Shown here piece after piece: positions 1 to 14,336 of a stretch of DNA of 64,000 nt. The translations under genes were made by a program, and so were the position numbers. A model generated the notes under the pieces. That model ran no database searches. It worked only from the letters and a program-made list of their open reading frames with translations, and had not been told where the DNA came from. Every line of letters begins with the position of its first letter. Positions within the stretch are counted from its first letter, which is position 1. Origin of the DNA: Azolla caroliniana (lineage: Eukaryota; Plantae; Polypodiophyta); contig JBHGNT010000002.1 in NCBI GenBank assembly GCA_043228905.1, positions 28,086,001 through 28,150,000 on the forward strand, given 5' to 3'.

Positions 1-93
1 TCTTTTCTATATTTTTAATTCGTTTTCCCTCTGTGGTTGTAAAGAATTTTATTTGTTTAAAATGCATTCTGATGGCTTTTCTTTTCTCTACAG

Positions 94-2193
94 CGTTTGG
101 GGGTGCAATGTTGCATACAATAGGTTACATATACAAACGACAAGGTGCTAAAGAGCTTGGGAAGAATATTCGTTTAATGGGTGTGCCTTTTGTTGCTGAG
201 TGGTTCAGGAATAAAGGACATTTGATCAAATCACAAATTGAAGCAGCAAGTGGTAAGGTGTAATTCACAAAACTCAGTAAGAGATTGATGAAATGAGGAT
301 AACACGGTGAGCTTATCAAAGTTCCACCTGACTTTGAATGAGCTACAGTTTTCTACAGTTGAGCACATTGCATTGTCTTCTTGATATGCTTAATCCCATA
401 GTGAATCTAGCAACACCTTCATCACATTCGAATAGGAACTTCTTTCACATCTCAAAGAGCCCCAACATTACTTAGTCCTGTATGATGTTTCATTGGAACA
501 ACACTTTTCTAATACACAAGGATTGATGAGCATCCTAGAATGGCTGAATTAAATTTTATTTTATTCTTTATTTGAAGTTAATCCATTGCATGAATTCTCC
601 AGTGATCCAACCCAAACCATGTCCATAAAGGTTTTTCTTTTTTTTGAAATGATATGTGAATTATTGGTTAATCTTTCTCTAAGAGAGCACCACTTTGGGC
701 AAAAAAAAAGGAAGGTATAAAACCTTTTGGATGGATTATCATGGTAGATTGGTAAACCTTTGGGATTTAAAATATTAATTTGGGTGTGAAGGTTATTGAA
801 TTTGCACTGAAGATAGTTTGTTATAATCAGGGGCTATTAGTTTGATGCAACTGCAAGAGAATATGAAGGCCAAGTTGCAAAGTCTTGGTGAAGCTGATGA
901 TGCCGAGTTAATGAAGTACCTTGACGAGAATAAAGAAGCCATGATAAATTCCTTCTGGAAAATAAATGTGATCGATATAGAAATGACACTTACTCGTGTT
1001 TGCGTAAAGGTACTTCAAAAAACTTAGTGATTAACATAGAATTCTAGAATTCACATTTAGTTAAGGGTGCATCTTTATTTTATTCTTTCAAATTATGTTC
1101 TCTTTTTCTTAGTTTGGGTTCATAATTACACGAAATGGTTTCTCGTTTCTAGAACTCTTACCTGCTGAACTTTCTCGCCAAAGCTTTCTCGCCAAAGCTT
1201 CTCCTTTACTATCCTGAAAATGAAAAACACCAAGTTTTTAGGTTGGGCATGCTCATGATACACCTTTCAACTTTTTGGCCTGAAGTAATGTCACATATAT
1301 ATCTACATTTAGACATGCTACGTGATCATTTATGCTCGTTAGATAATTGACCATTTATAACAGCATGCGAAGATGGTTCTAAGTTGTGTCAGTCACTGGT
1401 TTTTAGAGTCTTGACTCTTTGTAATATTCTACCTTACCTAATAACTACATGTACACATAGTATTCATGGACATACCTAGCCAAGTACGAAATACATATCT
1501 ATGTGTGCTTTTTGTATTGTAGTATATATGCATACAAAATGTAGTAATTAAGGGTTATGTAATTTAGCAAAATGACTGTCTCATTCTGCAATGAGCATAT
1601 CAAAGTAGTGAGACATCTCTGTAGCTTCTCCTTGGTTTACTTATTACATTGGTTAATTATTCCCAATTACACAATTAAGATAGATCTGTTAAATACATTT
1701 TTAAGATGAGATGACTCTTACCTGTTGCTCATTGGCCTCAGGCTGTGTATTTCCATGCTATAAATATGACTTTATTTCTTTGTAGGTGTTATCAGAAGTA
1801 GGTGAGCCAAAGGAGAAGATAAAGATGAGAGCCAAATTATTAAAAAAGCTAGGAACTATTTTTGAGGTGATGCAATGAAGGACTTATATTTTCATGCTTA
1901 ATGATTGCAATAAACAAAGTTCTCAGACTAAATGAATCACAGTACAACAATGTCTTCTTTAATCAAACAGGGTGTCAAAGATCCAAAAGGTGGACATCAA
2001 AAGAGGGAACTTGTGAAAGAAGAGGCAAAGGTTGCTTCTACATCAACTAACCTGGTAATTTTCAAATATATAAGCTAATATTAGAAAGATAAAAATCTTA
2101 ATAGGTGTGCACAAAATATCAATTAATTTATGAGTTGTGAATGTTTTTTACTTTTGTTATTTGTTTTAGGTTTCTGCTCTTCCCCAAACATAA
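94..2193 (+). CDS. 3' exons of DnaJ-X-domain chaperone (J10-like type III J-protein); 5' part lies outside the window
   Basis: GT-AG exons 94-252, 831-1009, 1786-1866, 1971-2054 and a probable last exon 2170-2193 splice in frame. They give [65 protein letters not shown], typical of the plant DnaJ-X domain. Confidence 0.85.
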
Positions 2194-3667
2194 CTCCTGT
2201 TCCTCCATTCCATACGCCATCCACTTGTTTCTCGTGTGGGTATTGTTTCTATATTTTGCTTGCTAAATGTATTATTAATCCAAATTTCATAAACACATTA
2301 TGTGCTTTGGTTTATGAAAAACATTTGATTTTATTCATCTTTGAACAAAAGTGGCGTCTGTAGTTTATGCTTGATTCTCTACCCAGTTGGAGATAAAAAA
2401 TTTGAATAGCATCATTCCAATTTTATGGTTGAGGACATAACCATTCATGTGGATATATTTTTATTTTAATGGCAATATTCCAAATTTATGCTGATTAATT
2501 TATGCTAGAGGACATGAAGACACGATTGAATCCTCTCATGATATGTAGTTTTCATAATGTTTGTTTTAGTCAGTGACAAACAGTTATATTGTGTTGTTAC
2601 TCTAAATAACCGAAAATAACTCGTTACACACTAGTGCTTGTGTCAATTAATCAGATATTTTACTAAATTGCCCTAATGACAATATATTTAGTTTACATTG
2701 CCCATTGGTTGCATTGATGTCGTAGATCATCACCTTGTAGATACTACAATAAATGCTTTTTAGTGTGCAAATGTTAATGATATAACTTGGATTTGTGGGT
2801 TTCTATTAGGAAGCATGTATTATTGTATCGTTGGAAGAATTAATGATTTTATTGTGAGTATAAGTGAATCTACACGAATGCGTACATGGGCATCAAGAAA
2901 CCAAAGTTTGGTTAATTCTCTAGGATATGCTATCTTGTTGGGCACCATTAGTAACTTGCATATGCTAATTAGTTCTCTAGGGTTATGCTACCTTGTTGGG
3001 AACCAGTAGTAACCATTAGTAACTTCAAATGTAATTAGTGAGAATGAGGCCAGGAAAACTTTAAAAAACTTGCATGCTACATCATATTAATCTTGTAAAC
3101 CACAAAAGCAAACTTTGATTTAAATTTGAAGCGGGTTAACTTCAAATATATTGAATAAGGATATTATTGCAGATGATAGTAAAGAATAAATACACGAATA
3201 GAACGTTCATGAAATCCAACTCATTCCCATGAGCTATGGGTCAAAGGGAAGAGATTGAAGGTCAATCATTGTAGAAACTTATATAATCACATGCAAAAAA
3301 AACAAAGAATATTGGTTGATGAGAAGAAATCCGAGGAATCCAAAGGGGGGGGTCAAGAGAAAGTAACTCGAGATATGTGATTGATAGGAGAGATGACGAC
3401 ATCCATAGAAAGCCAAAGAAATGGTAATTTAGGTAATGTAAAAGATCAACGAGTCAGGAGAAATCAAGCTTGGACCACCTAGCAAGAGAAAACAATTCTG
3501 ACTGAGTAGGGTCATTCATATCAAAAGAGAGAAGGTCAAGAAAACACACTGTGGGGTATGGATCGATAAATCCGAGAGGCAAGGCATCCGCAAAAGAAAG
3601 ATGTCTGGGTCGGCCATCTAGAAGAGAAGCATGATTTGGGCCATTGATCACCACATCGATGATGAGC

Positions 3668-6600
3668 TTAGGAAATGGAATGGCGTCGACTACGAGACTG
3701 TTTGGAGACCCCGGACGGCGTCCGAGTCTTGGGAGATGAATGGAACGAAGCGCTGAAGATGTGCATTCGCCCCAATCGGCGGGTAAACTGCGAGAAAAAC
3801 CCTTCTCCGCCACTTGCGCTGCCGCGTCTTGCATTTGTTGTCGCGAGGTTTGTCCGGCCGCCCTTGGCAAGCTGTTGTTTTAGACTCATGTTCTCTGTCT
3901 CGAGGTCGTTCACACGCACCTGAAGCCTCACGGCATTGAGCTTGAGCTCTCGATTCTCTCGCGCGAGCTCTCGATTCTCTCGCTTGAGGCTCGAGTTCAG
4001 CTCGATATCCATCGTTCTGTGTTGGGGCGAACGAGTGAATGCACTTGGCCCGGACATATTGGGCGGACATTGTGTGACATGATATTCGGACGATGAAAGT
4101 GCATGATCAGATGATCGTGGCCTCGATCGCATGTGTGATGACGTGCCTCCTCCAACATTAATATCTTCGGTAAGTGTAAGCTCGCTCTCGTGTGTTGTGG
4201 CTGCCATCACATTTCGCATACGGAGTTGCTCGAAGTAGAGGACTTGCACCACCATTTGCACAGGGAGCCTCTCGTTTTGGGCAGCATGTGCGCATGCTTC
4301 TTGAGATAGTTTCTGGCAGTCCAATAACTTGCACATCTTCGTCCTCTCCATGTCAGGTAGCATAGGATGGGCCTACAACAAAAATTCATACCAATACAAG
4401 TTTAAACCTAGTCTCTCTGGCCACAATACTTAACATGCATTACGTTGTAAAGCAAGTGTATTTAGATGAGCTAGTCCCTTACATATGAGGGGGGGAATGC
4501 TTTGACCCCGTGCTTTAACATGTAATGTAATGCAATCTAATATATCGTACATACATATATGTATATTAAATCACATAAAGTAGACAATTGTACTATATCT
4601 TTGCTCTTGCATGGTTGCTTATCAAATTTTGTCGTGCTTTTGTTCGTCTCTATAGGTATTTAGTGAAGAGTGCCATATAGTTATATGATGGTCAAAATGC
4701 GTGTTGATGTCCTTCTCAACGATGACCTTTATTGACAATATGCCAAATAACGTTTCATTAAATGCAGTGAGGATTGGTCGAACTTATCACGAGAGTGAAC
4801 ACAAACCTGAAAATGACTCCCCTATGTTGAAGTGAAATGTATAAGATGTACTTATAACTTTTTAACCCAAAGTTGATACTAAACAATGTCTTGAAAGTCA
4901 TAGCATTGGTTAGTGGACAAAAGAAAATAGTTTAGCTCTACCATACAGGGGGTTGAAGGGTGAAAAGGATAAACCACACAAAGTCCAACTTTGCTGCTGC
5001 TTCATGAAGTTTTTTAATTTAGGCTTGTTGGGCTTTGTAAGAAATGTCATGTCATCAATATACTTTTACATTGGGAGATCGCTAAAAGTTGGAGGTATAT
5101 GTAACCAAAACCTCATCATATGAGGGATAGTTTGAAAGATCTTTAGACATGGAGGATTCAAAAATGCTCACAACCACTTAATTTTGGAGTAACTATAGTG
5201 TCGAACGATGTCTTCATTTTGGTAGAAAGCAGCTCGACTAAAAGTTTCCCAACACAAAAGCTCTTTCCTTTTGGTTTCATGGGTTGTCATAGATAAAAAG
5301 TCACCACAATTATTCCTTATTACTTTACTAGAATCATACACATTTTGGAGTAACTAGAGTGTCGAATGATGTGTTCATTTTGGTCGAAAGTAGGTCGACC
5401 AAAAGTTTCCCAAAGGAAGGAAAAGCTCATGGGAAATCGTAGATAAGAGTGAACACAATAAAGTCCATAAGAATTATTCCGTGGTAGTAGTTAACTAGAA
5501 TCATACACATTTTACGTGGTAAAATTTTAAGTGCTTGAAAGTATAATGGAATCGATGTGCTTAACATTCAATTCAATCTCATTAAGTGTATAAAATTATA
5601 TGCTTGAATCATGCAATTCAATCTCATTAAGTGTATAAAATTATATGCTTGAATCATGCAATTCAATCTCATTAAGTGTATAAAATTATATGCTTGAATC
5701 ATGTTTGTGAATATTGACCTTAAGGTACATGTCGACTGCACGGTAAAGGCCATCGTGGACGGGTCGACCGTAGTCGGGGAGGAGCTCAGCGAGAGAGATG
5801 AATTTCGAAGACGGAAGGTGTGCATCCGTGGAGATCTCCGCGAGATATTGGTCGATGAGTTTTGCTACCTTCCGTATACCCCGGAACGGGGAATCCCCGT
5901 GATTCTCCGCATCTGAGAAAATTCCACTAGTACTCTCCATTGGGACGTGGCCGCCCATTTCCTCTCTATTGCGTAAATACGCGGCCACGATCCTTTGCAT
6001 GAGGTCCACATCATAGACATTGGCCACAGCACCATGGTTCGTGGCATCCGAGCTCGTATGTGAAAGGATGGGGACTAGGAAGTCATTCACACTCGTGCTC
6101 TCCAGGTGCAACCCAACATGCCATTCCAAGTCCATCCGGCACGCGACCGTTGTGTCGAGCACGATGGAGGCCCTGAGTAACCCCAGCAAGAACCCAGTGT
6201 GAAAGAGTCCATTGTCTTTTGGGAGCATGGACACTAGGGTCTCAGCTAGTATCCTTTGCTCATGCTCTATAGCCTTAGTCACATAGTTGCCCATGACCAT
6301 GTTATTGAGACCATCTTGGGTTGGTTTAACCTTGCCAGCTTTATTGATCATAATCCCCCTTCCTTGGATGATCTGATCATCAATCAGCACATAGCGCAAA
6401 GCCCCTCTTTCCATCAATGGCTTCATCAAGTTTTCCTCGGTGTAATGAATCAATGCTCCTCCCAACCTTTCCTTCTCCACCCCTCTCGATTTCAAGGCAC
6501 CCATGACGCGTTGGAAAAGATCGATCCGAAGCACGGAGATGTGTCGGGCCCAGTGTTCGATAACCGAACTGCAGCTAAGCCCGTAATTCGAGAGATAAAC

Positions 6601-7700
6601 GCGATAATGATCGGCCGGAAACTGTGGATTAATGGTGGGGCCATTAGGTGCATGATTCGTGGTTACAGTTGATGAACGTGAGGGGGTCATGTTAGGTGCA
6701 TCAAATGGTGGAGTAAGGGTGATGCGAGGACGAAGGGGATGATGAGCACTAGACACTTTGGGACTGCTAACATCTAATTTGCAAATGCTCGAGACGATGG
6801 CGTCTATGCATCGGTTCACGATCTTGAGCTTCTCGGCTTCTCGTAGGATGGGTATGCATGAGTGGAGAACATCCACACATCTCTCCACGGTGGTGCTGGT
6901 GCTGGTGCTCGAGTCCGTGGCCGACACGATTTCATCGAGGAATGCCTCGCACCGGCTAACAAGATGAATCCCGGAATACAATAGGAACCTCCGCATGTGT
7001 TCAGGACTATTTTTGGTAGGATGGTTCATGGCCGATCCGAAGGCGGTAAGCTGGTCACGATGCCTGCCGAAGAGTGTGTTGAGTTCGAGGTAGTCTGCAG
7101 CGCAGAGCAATGGGGCGACATTCCGTGTCGTGATTTCGACATTGATTCCATTACAGCACTTGACTGTGAGCTCGAAGGCATCGGCACCGCCCGGGAAGCC
7201 CTTCAATTTGAGAACGGGCATGGAATCTGTGGCCGAGGTGGGGGCACCAACCCCCCAATTCCAGTTATGGTGGTGCTTCTTTGTGCTTCTATAATTAGCA
7301 TGACCGGTTTCTTCTTCTTCTGCTTCTTCTTCTTCTTCTTCTTCTTCGGATCCAGAGGAGGAGGATATCATGGGTCTTAAATATGCTTGGTTTGTAAATT
7401 CAAGACGTTCAGCCATTCGCCGTAATTTGCCGCTACTCGCCAACAAAGGGAACTGTGTATTAAATTTAATCACTGCATATCAGTTAGGCTCATAATTCAT
7501 GCAACTAATCATCATCATCATCATCATCATCATCACCATCATCATTAGTAGAAGATTAAGAAGACGAAGAAGAAGTAGTAGTTACAGTGGGGAATTATGA
7601 CTTTACCTTGTTTAGTGAGAATGTTACAGCATCCACATTGATGCTGATTATGTCCCTCTCCATCCTCGGATCATCTAGCTGTGGAGAGAAAGGATTAATC
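3668..7700 (-). CDS. NPH3/RPT2-like (NRL) BTB/POZ-NPH3 domain protein; first exon uncertain (probably ~7850-7945)
   Basis: Exons 7607-7700, 5719-7452 and 3668-4372 have GT-AG borders (SLNK|FPLL; YLK|AHP). Motifs: [46 protein letters not shown], a coiled coil, and C-terminal RRHSIS. Confidence 0.92.
5181..5512. repeat. Imperfect tandem duplication (~160 bp x2) in NRL intron
   Basis: attttggagtaacta.agtgtcgaa.gatgt..tcattttggt.gaaag recurs at 5181 and 5342; actagaatcatacacatttt ends both copies. Confidence 0.75.
5570..5704. repeat. Perfect 45-bp tandem repeat x3 next to the NRL splice donor
   Basis: aattcaatctcattaagtgtataaaattatatgcttgaatcatgc repeated three times. Confidence 0.95.
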
Positions 7701-8399
7701 CTGCAGGGAATTATCGTGAATGATTGATTACACATTCTTTCAGATCCAGATTGTATTTTTTTATATATTAAAAAACACAACCAATTTTGAAACTAAACCC
7801 TAAGCTTAAAAGAGTGAGGGATTCTGATAAAAAGCCTAAAATAACATCTACTACATTCGAGGGTCAGCTATATTGAATTGGGGGGGGGGGTAGTTTGGAG
7901 GATCTGCATGCAGAAGAAGCCATAGCGAATTTCCGAAGCTCATATTCTTGTAACTTATTGTGCTTCTTCGAAAAACCTAAATTGTATGTCGTTAAATCCA
8001 AGTCACAGAAGGTTTGATTGAAATGGCAGGAGATTAATATTTATTATTATGAGCAGGGAGGACAAGAAGAAGAAGAGCGAGAGATACAGAGATCGGTAGT
8101 GTTTTCAGAAGGAAAACAGCAGCAAACTAGTCTAGTGGCAATGGAGGAGATCGATTCTTATATTAACCACTGCGATTGATTCTGAGATATGGAGGTTAGT
8201 TACTAATTAGTTTTGTTTACTAAACTCTAGATCGACCTGCTAGAAAAAGAGGCGTCCATTGAATTAGATAGTGTTGGAGATCTCCCCCCCCCTCCTTCTG
8301 CTCCTGCTCCTGCTGCTGCTACAGGGGAGGGGAGACTAGCCCTTAAATCCTCTGTCTACACTGCTCATGTGATCCACAGAGAAGAAGCCATGGAATCTG

Positions 8400-8430
<31 letters not shown>

Positions 8431-8654
8431 TGTGGGGCCCTGAGAAGAGAAAGAGAGAGAGAGAGAGAATCGCGAGGTAGAAGAGTCTGCGCATTTTTTT
8501 CATTTTTATTTTTGTACGCAGGAATTCTCTCGTTCTCTCTCTCTCTCTTTGATTTTTTTTCCCGATTGCAAAACAAAACAAAACAAAACTATTTATTTAT
8601 TTATTTATTTTATTTTATTTGAAAGAGGTTAGTTAGAAAGTAACTTTGGGATCA

Positions 8655-8800
8655 TGACGTCAGCTTCCGAATTTATCGGCCACGTGTCTTATGATCGACG
8701 TATCCACTTTGCTCGAATTTGATTCACAGTCCTCCACGTGGACTTTTCTGCCATCCCACGTGGATTTTTGAACCAACCCACGTGGACTTTTGTGACGTCA
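8655..8800. promoter_or_regulatory. ACGT-element cluster (4 G-boxes, 2 TGACGTCA) upstream of the NRL gene
   Basis: TGACGTCA at 8655 and 8793; CACGTG at 8681, 8735, 8757 and 8779. Confidence 0.65.
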
Positions 8801-9299
8801 TTGGGGGGTTTAAGAAACGAGAGATGTGGACATTCATTGCTGTTGGGACCAGATAGATAGATAGATAGATGCCTTTGACAGTCCACTGTGATCAACTTAA
8901 ACAAACCTCTTATATGTCTCTAAAGATGGATATATTTTTAGGTCGAACTATTAAGTTTCTCACTCCTTCTGAACATGCTAGTTGGGTGCATCGACCAATA
9001 TAGCTCTTTGAAGAGTGGTCTATGGCAAGGGGATTCCCATGGCATGTCACTGCACAACAACAACTCCGATTCATATGCTTTGATATTGGACTCGACCTAA
9101 AGGACATAAAAAGTACTTTGTTACATAGCCAAGTTCCAACCTCACATTTTCGCCAATATATAAAGGCAGAGCGCTCTTAGAACGTCCACGTGGAGTTTGG
9201 GAGGTGCTCCCGTCGATGTCTCTCTTGATAAGAATCTCTATTTATGTGAAAAGGGCGAGGGTTACAAAAACAATATGCTCAAGGGATAGAAACACTCAA

Positions 9300-10203
9300 T
9301 TGTGCAAACGATATTCCGTGAAAAGGTACCCAACCTAGAAATGACATCTTTAGCAATATGGTTAGCGCTAGTAGGAGTTGATGAACTTTTTGAAATGCTC
9401 TATCCTCACCACAAAATTCTCGACAATAGAATATGCACGGTGGATTCCCATCCTATTGTTATCAAACTCCTCTCCGCTTAACAATACTTTCATTATGAGT
9501 TGTGTACCTTTTTTCCTTTTTACTAGAGAAAGATATTATCAAGCTTTCAATAGAAGTTTGGAACCGTTAATGAATTTAGCAAAGATTGTGAGTTATCTTG
9601 TCTCATGAAAAGGGTGATTCATTGAACTTTAATTACAAAAAGTCTTGGAGAAATCTCAAGCAAAAACCGCGACACAAAAGTGGATTGGGGTAAGACTTGT
9701 TTTTCAAGTCAATGTTGATCCTTCTTTACATAACACAAACTATCTATAAACAATGGCAAGCATTCAGGAAGCATTAAACCTTCATGAACAAAGCTTTGTC
9801 CTTAACATGATTGATCTTTCACTATAAATGTAGAATGTTTATGGGAGGTTAACCTAAAGAAAGCCTTAAAACTTTAAGAAAAAACCTTAATTGTTAATGC
9901 ATGCGGGAGGCTAATAAACTTTGCCCTTTTATTTCTCTATTATTATTATTGTGTTAGTTGAGTTGCTAACTATAGACTCTTTTCAATGTCCAAAGTGATG
10001 TTCTTAAGCGAGTCAAAGTTCCCATGTTGAAGAATGAATGACGTGTACACATGACATTCTACCTCTCTCTTAATTGTAAGTGGATAACTACTCTAAAAGT
10101 TCCTCAAAATATTTCGAACTGATCTTAAAAGGAGTTTGGACAACATAAAACAATATATTATGTGCCATGCACAATTTGATGTACAACTATTTGTCTGCAA
10201 ATG

Positions 10204-10248
<45 letters not shown>

Positions 10249-10900
10249 CTTAAAAAATATATAAAGGCTATACTTTTTCGTTCCTTGAAAAAGTGGCAAG
10301 TTTCAATACTTTCTCGAACTAAACTTCTAACCACTATCAAAGAGGGGAGATGAAACATAAGATAGGAAGATATCTAAGTTAGAGTATGTTACGAATGGAC
10401 TCACGCTCTTCCATGGGTGATAATAAATGAATGGAGATTTTGTTTTACTTCTTTTCGATAAGATGTTGCTATTTTAAAACTCTCCCCTGAAAGTGTTGCT
10501 CCTCATGGCATCCACAAGCAAGTTATTTGGTGAACCTATGATGTAAATTTCAATAGGTTTTATGTCACGAAAATATTTCATTTGGAGAGAGAATATATTG
10601 CTTGATAGCTTTAATTTAACTTGGGAACTAAAGAATTACATGAACTGCAACTTCACTACATCACCATTGTCACACATGGATCCAAAATAGAGAGAGCAAA
10701 TTGAAAAAAGAGAGGAACTGTTCACAATAGATGCTAAAGCATATAGTGTGAAAACATTTCCTTTATAAACATTATATGAGGACTTGGGATGTCCTCATGT
10801 GATGGTGTCATGGTAAAGTTGTGCCTTGCAACGTTACAGTTGTGTGTCCAGTTCTCGATCAATGGGTTTGATGTTCTGTCAATTATAAAACTTTTCATTG
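9300..10900 (+). mobile_element. Highly degraded LINE-like remnant
   Basis: Fragmentary translations (DSHPIVI near 9440; YEW..WV..GDFVLLLFDK near 10390-10460) loosely resemble EN/RT motifs; no intact ORF. Confidence 0.3.
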
Positions 10901-12549
10901 CTTTTGTTTATGTTCTTAAATTTTTGGTTCCAGATCTTCACATTGACAGTGTCCTCCTAGAGTAATAACATTTGCAACAATGCCAACCATACCTTTCAAA
11001 GGCAATGTTGAAAAATAATGACAAATGACAGAAGGAAAAATGTCACACAATGTAACAACATATAAGAGGTTTCCAAAGAGAGATGTAAGAACCAAAGGAA
11101 AGAAATCATAGATTGAAAATAAAAGAATCACAAGCATGTCAAAGAGAATTTAGACCTTGTTAAGGAGTTTGTGATGAGAGATGGAGAAAGGGTCAAGTAG
11201 AACAAAAATGTTACATTGAATAGAGAAATATATTAGGTGTTAAATCCATGGTTATGGCTTTACTAAGTTACCTTATTGAATTTCTTGTAAGTCTTGTGCT
11301 TCACAACCTTAAGGTTGACACTTGGAGGAACAAGCAATTCAAAACTTTGCTCAACTATAAAATTCTGCATGAGATCATGCACACTGAATTTTGCTCCTAT
11401 TAAATGGTTTTGCAAAAGCAACATTAATTACAACCGAAAATGTTAGCAGGGCATGTAGTAGGTATTTCCAATACCTGGTGTAAGAACAATATTAGCATAC
11501 GCAAGCCGATATATTAACATATATCAATGTAGACAAAAAAAGATATGCTACAATTTTCAAATTTACTAGGTTTTGAGATAATGAGGACTATATGATGATG
11601 AATTGTACATATGATGCGACATCACATCCAATTTTTTGTGGCAAGACTTAGATTTCTTCTTCTGCAACCTTCGATGTGCTACGAGTTGCACGATGAAGTT
11701 TCCAAAATCCAGGAAGTGAAACATGTTCACTATTGTCATGTCTTTTACATCCTAGGTTGAAATTACATTGTTGTGAACCTTAAGTGAATTGAGTATTGTC
11801 CCATCATGGTTGCATTGGGAATTGGGATCCAGAATAAATTAGTAATCTTGTACCTCTTTTGTTTCAGCAAACATTTTAATTTAGTTTTGATCTCATATTC
11901 ATGTCCTTTAATGATATGGATGCATTTGATGGTTATCTCTAGGAAACAAATCCTAGGAAAATAAGTTCTAGGGGTTGGATAAGCCCGAAGACATGGCATG
12001 TGGCCTCAAGTTCTTCACCAATAAAAACGAATGTAGTTATTTGTAGATAAAACAATAATAATCCAACACATATTATCCGATTGTATGTATATTCAAAATC
12101 ATGCTCAAATTATGAAACTATAGACCTCGTTGTGAAGCAAAAATATCTCAAAGTAACAGAAGCAATTGGCCGAAATAAACATAATTCTTGATTTTGTATG
12201 AGCACATACATGTTAATAAATTGGTTCATTAATGACACATGTCGTTTATATCACTTTTGGAGATCCTTTAGTCTGAGTTTTATATTCTTGGCCAAATTGC
12301 ATGCAATCTAATTAGGATGCTTATTATTCTCAAACACATACTTAATCTTTTTACCCAACCATGTAGTAGAGTTAAGATGCCCCATATTGCTAATTAAAGA
12401 TGTTGATTAGGCGTTGAGCTTAGAAGGGATTTACGTTATTACTTCTTGAAGTCAAGGAGTAACTAACTATATGGGCTACATTTTGATCTTATTAAATACA
12501 TTGTCTTGTGTTATGGAATTCCATCACATCATGAACCCATACATACATG

Positions 12550-13330
12550 ATACATATATGCTATACCCAACAAAACAATAGAACATGTTATGAATGTTTA
12601 AATGGAAAAACTCTAACACACATCTGGATGGTCCCTAATCACTCGAAAGAGTGATCTCGACAACAATTTTGTTTTATTCCATTACCTTCTTGGATATTAC
12701 ATCATTTCGCATCCTGGAATCATTTACCATCGTGGATATTACAACTATAAGTCACTTTTGAAATCTCAAAATTTTGAAATGCCCTAAAACACCTCCAAGT
12801 GTTACATAGAACACTTGGCAATAAGCACTAACCGAAAGTCACCAACATCCTCACTTTGCAATATACCCAATAGTAAATACAATATTTGGGGATGACAAAC
12901 ACCTTCTTTTTAGGTGAAAAACTAAATATCTTGAAAACTTTAACACCTCAGTACCTTTTATTTTCTTTTTTTTAGAAGAAAGATACACCTTAGATATTAC
13001 TTGAGAAATGTACATATAAAAAACAGAAGGAGACATTTCATCTCACCTCTATTGTAATACAAAAGCTAATACCAACATCTGATCAAACAGATGATATCAT
13101 ATAAGGAAAAAATGGAGCACAACCTACAAGTTATGCAATAAAAAAGAAGGTATGGCATAATTCCACTTCATACTAGAAGTTGTATTTGAAAATAAGTGAA
13201 ACCCTCGCCACCGTCTCTTAAAGTCCACTTGACGTTGCCTTTGAGAATCAGTTGAACCCTACAGATCATCATATTGTCCATGTATGGCATAACACCTCGG
13301 TACCTTAGCACACTAATGTGCAAAATATTA
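12550..13330 (-). mobile_element. Degraded DNA-transposon (CACTA-like) transposase remnant
   Basis: Minus-strand fragment NIHDGK*FQD resembles the CACTA DIxDGxxW motif; many stops. Confidence 0.25.
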
Positions 13331-13837
13331 ACTACACAATCAAACAATTATATCTTACTTAACCATACAATTATGTGTCACAAACATAGAAATAATATCG
13401 ACATTTGTAATGGTTTCGGTAATTCTAGACATATCAACGGTTGAGGGATTGGTACTTCCTTCGAAAAAATCACGTGACCTATACTTTTTTTGGTGCTCCA
13501 AATACGTTTTACAATTTTCAATAACTAAAACTTGTATACTTGATGGTGGTTATGCATTTTGGTTTGTTCATAGATCTTCATTGAGGATGTATTTTTGTTT
13601 GAAAATGTCGTAATTCAACTTCATATGAATGTATTCTTAGGATGATTAACATTAATTCATGCTTCACAATTTCGGGTTGTCAATCACATCTACAATCTTA
13701 TGTATTCGTCCCTATGCATGTTTTGAATGTCATCTAGTGGCCTTTGTAAGGAACCTAATAACAAAATGAAGTATTTGTTGGGAAACATGTCCCTCCGGAT
13801 GGGAAGAAGAGAACGAACCAATTCCGATGGAGTCCAA

Positions 13838-14336
13838 TGAGTATTTCGGCTGAGGCCAAAATCGAGATCGAAAACCGAAACCGAAATCGGGAGACTATAA
13901 TTGTAAATAGTCATAATGTGCGCCTTGTGGGCTATATCTGTAAATTGCCCAGAAAGTTGTATTGGTATAAATACAACTAGGGCAAACTTATGAGAAAAAG
14001 GGGGAATCATTTTTTAGTTGTTATATAGTTAGACAGGTGGTAGTTGCCTCTATAATTGTGAGTGTGTGTGTGTGTGTGTGTGAGTGAGAGTATAACTCTG
14101 TAGCCGTCTGTCAGATGAAGGAGAACTCGAGGTCAATGCCTCCGAGTTTCTTATTTGTACTTCTCCTCTATCGTAGTGATATGTTTCTTGGGGTTTGTGG
14201 ACCCCCGTGGTTTTTGCCCGTTCAGGTTTCCACATAAAATATCTGTTTTTTCTCGTTTTCTGTCTGTGTATCTATTTCGCTCGTTTCTTTGAACCTGCAT
14301 ACGAACATGAAACCGGTTGTGGCCGGTCGATACTCA
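13838..14336 (+). mobile_element. Solo-LTR-like element, Ty1/copia type (~500 bp)
   Basis: Termini TGAGTAT...ATACTCA (TG..CA, 7-bp inverted repeat), internal TATA (14051), (GT)n tract, and copia-LTR-like cccgtggtttttgccc..ggtttccac.taaaat motif. No clear TSD. Confidence 0.6.

Noticed and set aside
5568-5825. ORF with a repeated 15-aa unit; possible CRISPR-like array
   Set aside because: Translation of an intronic 45-bp tandem repeat; no spacers, eukaryotic context.
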